Source of the DNA: an uncultured Desulfosarcina sp.
Lineage (GTDB): Bacteria; Desulfobacterota; Desulfobacteria; Desulfobacterales; Desulfosarcinaceae
Reading direction: 5' to 3'
Assembly (NCBI GenBank): GCA_963674945.2
Contig: CAXXWQ010000004.1
Coordinates: forward strand, 3,232,001 to 3,296,000
Length of the DNA: 64,000 nucleotides
In this document: positions 58,953-64,000 of the stretch, one piece after another
Layout of the letters: every line of letters begins with the position of its first letter
Numbering within the stretch: the stretch's first letter is position 1
Made by a program: the position numbers and the translations under genes
Notes under the pieces: generated by a model
Databases searched by the model: none
What the model saw: the letters and a program-made list of their open reading frames with translations, nothing else
What the model was told of the DNA's origin: nothing

Positions 58953-60056
58953 TCAGGACGCCGACACGATTCCAAGATAGAGGAAGATTCCGTATGTCAG
59001 GGTCAGCACCAAGCCCATGATCCGGGGCAGCCGGCCGATGAAGCCAATGAAAAAGAGGTGAATCATCCCCACGCCGAGGATGATGAAAATGCCCTTTTCC
59101 ATGCCCGCTGGGGTCTGTATTTGGGAAAAAAGGGCAAACAGCCCGATGCACATGGGGATACAGATATGGGCGTCACCCACCTGTGAACTGTAGACGATGT
59201 CGGCACGGCCGATCCAGGCGTAGTAGCCGGCCAGAAGGGCGTTGGGCAGGACCATCAGGCAGCCGCTGACCAGCCCCAGCCGGTCATAGACGAACACCCC
59301 GGGACCTTGGGCCATCACCCATTGTACCAGTTGATCGATGCCGGCAAAGACGCCGATGCCGAAGGCCACCACCAAAAGCACATCCACCAGGATCGTCCAT
59401 TGAAGGTCGCGACGCCGATGGATGTTGTACTTGATCACATCGAACACCTGGAAGAGCTGCCAAAACAGAAAAGTTCCCACCAGTACGAGGCCGTCGCCAA
59501 AATCCAGTGTTCCGTCCCGACCCATCGCCCAGAGGGAACCGGTGAAAAAGAGGAGGGCCGAAAGGGTGAGGGCCAGGGAGATGACGTTCAACTGATGATC
59601 CGGGGAGATGTATTTTCGCCGCTTACCGGAAGACGAAGCGGGGCGAATGTTCAGGTTCCAGATCATGGCCGGCAGGCCCATGAGCAGGGTGAGGTTGGTG
59701 ACATTGTTGACGATGCAGTTTTCGACGAGAACCCAACCACTGCCACCCTGCCGTCCGAGGGAGAGGGCGAACATGAGGTTGGGAAAACCCGATGCATAGG
59801 GCATGACGAGCGTCCCCAATACCGTTCCTTCCAGCCCTTTTCTCTCCAGCGCGTTGAGACGGTGGACCATCAGTATGGCGCATAGGAGAAACAGCCCCAA
59901 AGGGACCCAAGGACCTGACGTAAAAGTGTGCCGCCACACCTCTTCCACGCCCCGAAACACCTGGTATACGTCGGCGACAACGCCTTTTCGCGATTGGAAA
60001 AAAGAGGCTTCCCAAAAGGTACGAATTACGGATTCCCCGCTACCAGTTCCTGCCAT
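58953..60056 (-). CDS. Sodium:calcium antiporter-like membrane protein (true start probably further downstream)
   Basis: Multi-TM protein with alpha-repeat-like segments ASGFPNL and LMVLPNA. Confidence 0.7.
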   Translation of the reverse strand: MAGTGSGESVIRTFWEASFFQSRKGVVADVYQVFRGVEEVWRHTFTSGPWVPLGLFLLCAILMVHRLNALERKGLEGTVLGTLVMPYASGFPNLMFALSLGRQGGSGWVLVENCIVNNVTNLTLLMGLPAMIWNLNIRPASSSGKRRKYISPDHQLNVISLALTLSALLFFTGSLWAMGRDGTLDFGDGLVLVGTFLFWQLFQVFDVIKYNIHRRRDLQWTILVDVLLVVAFGIGVFAGIDQLVQWVMAQGPGVFVYDRLGLVSGCLMVLPNALLAGYYAWIGRADIVYSSQVGDAHICIPMCIGLFALFSQIQTPAGMEKGIFIILGVGMIHLFFIGFIGRLPRIMGLVLTLTYGIFLYLGIVSAS

Positions 60057-60442
60057 CGCCGTTCCAGTTTCTTCGTCTGTTCAACAATTTCTTCCAGGGT
60101 GTCCACATCTGTTCGGGGAATATTCAGCTTTTCTGCATAGGTGTATACTTTTTGTTTTTCGAAAAGAGTGAAATTTCCGTCCATGGAGGCGATCATGATG
60201 GCATCTTTAAGCACCCGCAGTGCCGTTAAACGGGATACTTCCGGACTGCCGATTTCGAAGGTTTCATCGGTATCGGCCAGTGTTTTTTCATAGTCGATTC
60301 CCAAATGGATGGCCTGTTTGCGGATATATGCATACTCTTTGGGACCGTTTTCCTTGTCGGCTTTGGCGATGGTGATCAATAGTTTCAGATAGGTCTCCCG
60401 ATCGAAAACGGATCGCTTTTTTTCCAGATTGTCGCGTGGCAT
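60026..60442 (-). CDS. TerB-like protein
   Basis: IAKADKE...E and IASMDGNF..E helical repeats. Confidence 0.6.
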   Translation of the reverse strand: MPRDNLEKKRSVFDRETYLKLLITIAKADKENGPKEYAYIRKQAIHLGIDYEKTLADTDETFEIGSPEVSRLTALRVLKDAIMIASMDGNFTLFEKQKVYTYAEKLNIPRTDVDTLEEIVEQTKKLERRWQELVAGNP

Positions 60443-60546
60443 TTTATCCTTCCTCCCATGGGATCAATAAAGCAAATAGTATGCCTGGAGAAATGGAAAA
60501 ACGCAATGGACAATTGGGTGATAGATACGGTTGGGTAAAAGATACG

Positions 60547-60587
60547 GGTTCGAAGCCGGCGCCCATGGGCCATTCCGGCTTCGAACC
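60547..60587. terminator. Strong hairpin downstream of the molybdoenzyme gene
   Basis: 13-bp stem GGTTCGAAGCCGG / CCGGCTTCGAACC. Confidence 0.5.
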
Positions 60588-60656
60588 GGGGATGAGTGTG
60601 GCGGGGAGGGGTCCAACGGGGAAAATCAGAAAGGCTGAGCCTGTTTCAAGCCTCAA

Positions 60657-62735
60657 TTAACACTTCCTTACGGAAACAAAATGCTCCTGCAGGGCCATCG
60701 CACCGCCGCCTTTGTCCCATTGATCCAAACCACCGCACATCATTTCGTGGTCGGCCACGCCTTTGCCGAAGGCGCGACTCTCAACGGGGAGCCGGTGGCC
60801 GAATCCGTGAAGCATGAACACCGCTTCGGGGTGGATCAAATCGGTCAATTTGGCCTTGATGCGGCCACCGCCGCCGTTTCCGCCGATTTCCACCATGCCG
60901 CCGTCGGAAACGCCCAAAGCGGCACCTGCCTCGGTGTTCATCCAGAGGATATTTTCCGACACCTGCTCGAAGAGCAGGCTGTTGTTGAGCGTGTGGCCCT
61001 GGGTGTGCACCCCGCAGCGTCCGAAGGTCAGCCGAAACTTTCCTACTGGCGGATGGCTTCCCTCGTAGGGCGCAAGGGATGGCACACCCTGGGATTCCCA
61101 TTTGTCCGAAACGATCTCTATCTTTCCCGACGGCGTTTTAAAAGTGGGTTCCGGTTTGTACAACGGGCCGTCACCCAGGGGGATAAATCCTTTGGCGTCG
61201 AAATCCGCCATGGTGACGCCTGTGCCGTCGAGCTGGTAGTTCCAAATCTCTTCGATGGCGTTGAAGGCCAGTGCATCGATGCCCATTCGTTTGGCAAGGC
61301 CGGTGAGGATCTCCCAGTCGGCGCGTGTATCGTAGCGCGGCGCAACGGCTCTTTGTCGAAGGAAGAAATAGGGATTGAGCCCGTTTTTGCAAGCCAGAAT
61401 CGATTCTCGCTCCAAGTAGGGCGAAAGAGGCAAAACCAGATCGGAGTGCCAGGCCGTGTCGGACCACGTGAAACTGACGGACATGAGAAAATCCAGTTTG
61501 GCCCATTTCTGTTTGATCCGCTCGGGATCGGGAAATCCCATGAGGGGGTCGTGGCGATAGGCGATGTAAGCTTTCACCGGATAGGGGTCTTCGGTTTCAA
61601 TGGCGTCGAACCCCAGATGGAGCAATCCGGGACCCGTGTCGAGGTGGCCCAGTTTCCAGCCGGTTCCGTCGGCACGTTTTTCCTTGGGGTTTTCCACCAG
61701 CGCGGTGAGCTTATTCAGTCCCCTGCGGCCAACATCGCTGGGTTTGTTGACCATGGGCAGGCCGCCCTTGGCACCGATGGCTCCTAACAGCGCATTGATA
61801 ATATATACGGTACGGGACATGTAAAACGAATCTTTATACCGGGCGTTCATCCATCCGGGGTGCCAAATCACCGAAGGGGCGTCCTTGGCCAAATCTTTTG
61901 CAAAAGCGATGATCTGATCGGCAGATATTCCGGTTTCGCCTTCGGCCCATTTGGGCGTGTAGGGTTCGACGAACCGTTTCAGCACATCAAGATCTTTGAT
62001 CCACCGGTTGGCGTAAGCGACGTCGTATAGATTCTGATTGATCAATGTATGGATGACAGACAGGTTCAGGGCATAGTCCGAGCCGGGACGAATCATTAGA
62101 AACCGCTGGGCCTTGGTGGCCGATACATTGGCACGGATGTCGATCACCGTCAATTTACACCCTTTTTCCATGGCCGATGTGAGGTCGTTGACCTCCTTGA
62201 CGTTGATGGCCTCGAAAATATTGCGGGTCTGCAGTACCACGTGCCGGGCGTTTTTCAGGTCGTACCCGACCCCTTTTCGACCGAAACCGAATAGTGAGAG
62301 GGCGGCATGTTGGACGTTGCGTGCACACGAGGCATCGTGGTTGGACCAGTTGGGAGATCCCAATCCTCTGACAAAAGCCTGGTGCAGATCCCGGAAAGGA
62401 CCGCCGCGGTCGGAAAAGAGAACGCTTTTGCCACCGTATTGGTCGATGACGCTTTTGAGTTTGCCTGCAGCGTAGTCCAAGGCCTCGTCCCAGCTGATGG
62501 GCTTCCAGTTTCCCTGGCCCCGGTCTCCCATCCGGATCATCGGCTGCTGGATCCGTTCGCTGTCTGCGATCAACGCCTTGCCGGCGGCCCCACGGGCGCA
62601 AAGGGCACCGTTGATGCCGCCCATATGCGGATTTCCCTGAATAAATTCGATGACGCCGTCTTTGGTTTGGACTTCGATGGGACACCTCACCGTACACATG
62701 CCGCAGACGCTAAAGGTGGAATTGTTTGCTGCCAT
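60657..62735 (-). CDS. Molybdopterin oxidoreductase, PsrA/PhsA-like, without TAT signal
   Basis: CGMCTVRC, LCARG, HDASCAR, FKTPSGKIEI, HTQGHT. Confidence 0.85.
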   Translation of the reverse strand: MAANNSTFSVCGMCTVRCPIEVQTKDGVIEFIQGNPHMGGINGALCARGAAGKALIADSERIQQPMIRMGDRGQGNWKPISWDEALDYAAGKLKSVIDQYGGKSVLFSDRGGPFRDLHQAFVRGLGSPNWSNHDASCARNVQHAALSLFGFGRKGVGYDLKNARHVVLQTRNIFEAINVKEVNDLTSAMEKGCKLTVIDIRANVSATKAQRFLMIRPGSDYALNLSVIHTLINQNLYDVAYANRWIKDLDVLKRFVEPYTPKWAEGETGISADQIIAFAKDLAKDAPSVIWHPGWMNARYKDSFYMSRTVYIINALLGAIGAKGGLPMVNKPSDVGRRGLNKLTALVENPKEKRADGTGWKLGHLDTGPGLLHLGFDAIETEDPYPVKAYIAYRHDPLMGFPDPERIKQKWAKLDFLMSVSFTWSDTAWHSDLVLPLSPYLERESILACKNGLNPYFFLRQRAVAPRYDTRADWEILTGLAKRMGIDALAFNAIEEIWNYQLDGTGVTMADFDAKGFIPLGDGPLYKPEPTFKTPSGKIEIVSDKWESQGVPSLAPYEGSHPPVGKFRLTFGRCGVHTQGHTLNNSLLFEQVSENILWMNTEAGAALGVSDGGMVEIGGNGGGGRIKAKLTDLIHPEAVFMLHGFGHRLPVESRAFGKGVADHEMMCGGLDQWDKGGGAMALQEHFVSVRKC

Positions 62736-63051
62736 AATTCTCTCCTGATAACGGAAAAAACGACTAACCATTGAATAATACCCGAATATCTCAGCTTTTT
62801 AATCGTGTCAATGCGGAAGTATTATTGCACTTGTCTCAAGATAATCGATATTTATCGAGACATTTTACCGGCCGCCGTTGGCGGCTGTGATTCCTTCTTT
62901 CCCATGCGGCATTCATAATATCCATTGACAAAGTCTTCAATATTCAATACCGATCGGTTCGTTGTGTCCATGGTGGCATAGAGGTGGGCCGGGTCCGCCA
63001 AAGTTGAAAAATAGCAGAATATCATAGGCTTATTGTGGAAAGGAGTTGGCG

Positions 63052-64000
63052 ATGGCAGAGAGCACCATAACCATCAACGGCACCGGGTTTTCATTTGAAC
63101 CGGGGCAGACCATCCTTCAGGTCGCAGAGGAGAACCAGATTCGGATTCCAACACTTTGTTATCTCAAGGGCGCTTCGCCCACGGGGGCGTGTCGAATCTG
63201 CGTGGTGGAGGTCGAAGGTGCACGAACGCTGATGACCGCCTGCAGCACGCCCGCCCAAAACGGCATGGTCGTGCACACCGAGTCACCCAAGGTGGTCGCT
63301 TCCAGAAAAGAGACCCTGGAACTGCTTTTGGCATCGGGCAACCACAACTGCGCCATCGGCACCGGAACAGTGAAAAGCTGGACCGATTTTCAGATGCAGG
63401 CGGCCACGGACGATGATTTCGAAACATTGTGTCCGTCCTGGGGGGATTGCCGCCTCCAGGACCTGGCCTATCAGTATCAGGTGGAAGGGGGGAAATATCC
63501 GAGGACCGAGACCCGCTATCCCATCGAGACGGTCAACCCGCTTATCGTTCGGGATTTTTCCCGCTGTATCCTGTGTGGCCGCTGCATTCAGGCGTGCAAC
63601 GAAGTCCAGGTCAACCAGGCCATCAGCTTCGGCTATCGGGGTGCCGCCACCAAGGTCGTGGCCGGCGCCGATGTGTCGCTCAAGGATTCCCAGTGCGTTT
63701 TTTGCGGTGAATGCATTCAGGCATGTCCCACCGGCGCACTGACGGAGAAGAAGGCCCGGTTTCAGTGGCGCCCTTGGAAGAGCGAAAAGATCCGTACCAC
63801 CTGTCCTTACTGCGGTGTGGGCTGCCAGCTCTGGCTCCATGTCCAGGATGATCGAATCGTCAAGGTCACCGGCGTGGAGGAGGGATCTCCCAACAAGGGA
63901 CGGCTATGTGTCAAGGGGCGTTTCGGCTACGATTTTATCTATTCTGAAGATCGGCTCACCTCCCCCCTGATCCGGGAAGGAGACACCTTTCGCGAAGCTT
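63052..64000 (+). CDS. Second formate dehydrogenase alpha subunit paralog (runs off window)
   Basis: Hand translation MAESTITING...IPTLCYLKG...GACRICVVE...RCILCGRC...TTCPYCGVGC is colinear with the 8342 gene. Confidence 0.9.
   Translation, partial: MAESTITINGTGFSFEPGQTILQVAEENQIRIPTLCYLKGASPTGACRICVVEVEGARTLMTACSTPAQNGMVVHTESPKVVASRKETLELLLASGNHNCAIGTGTVKSWTDFQMQAATDDDFETLCPSWGDCRLQDLAYQYQVEGGKYPRTETRYPIETVNPLIVRDFSRCILCGRCIQACNEVQVNQAISFGYRGAATKVVAGADVSLKDSQCVFCGECIQACPTGALTEKKARFQWRPWKSEKIRTTCPYCGVGCQLWLHVQDDRIVKVTGVEEGSPNKGRLCVKGRFGYDFIYSEDRLTSPLIREGDTFREA

Noticed and set aside
1..64000. CRISPR array, tRNA or rRNA genes
   Set aside because: I saw no regularly spaced direct repeats, cloverleaf or rRNA-like sequence by eye; a tRNAscan/Infernal run would be needed to exclude them.

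Overview
GC-rich chromosomal window from an anaerobic deltaproteobacterium; gene content suggests a Desulfobacterales-type sulfate reducer (inference). All family assignments come from motif recognition by eye; no searches were run. Positions 1-8.2 kb hold a decaying integron-like accessory region: an intI pseudogene, three attC-like hairpins, small cassette-like genes, toxin-antitoxin modules and an IS91 remnant. Core energy genes follow: a selenocysteine (Sec) formate dehydrogenase, a Sec HdrC/CCG-domain Fe-S protein and a metV-metF-hdrA-hdrA/mvhD cluster. Next come a FadR/YsiA-type fatty-acid oxidation cluster (acyl-CoA dehydrogenase, CoA ligase, FadF-like membrane Fe-S protein, etfBA), EF-G, parAB, an IspH-UbiA fusion, a PIF1-like helicase, a CpxRA-like pair and an AT-richer islet with an IS4 element. 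The right part has two ABC systems, a Sec OsmC-like protein, a PsrA/PhsA-like molybdoenzyme and the start of a second fdh. The best candidate for an undescribed system is at 47421-50859. A molybdopterin enzyme resembling the metallopterin-dependent ergothioneine synthase, but lacking its desulfurase domain and ending in a Cys tail, is co-oriented with a stand-alone OvoA-type methyltransferase. This suggests an O2-independent route to ovothiol-type thio- or selenohistidines. Other notable items are three in-frame UGA codons with SECIS-like hairpins, one in-frame UAG in an ABC ATPase, a stand-alone LanKC/OspF-like lyase domain and several small palindromic repeat families.
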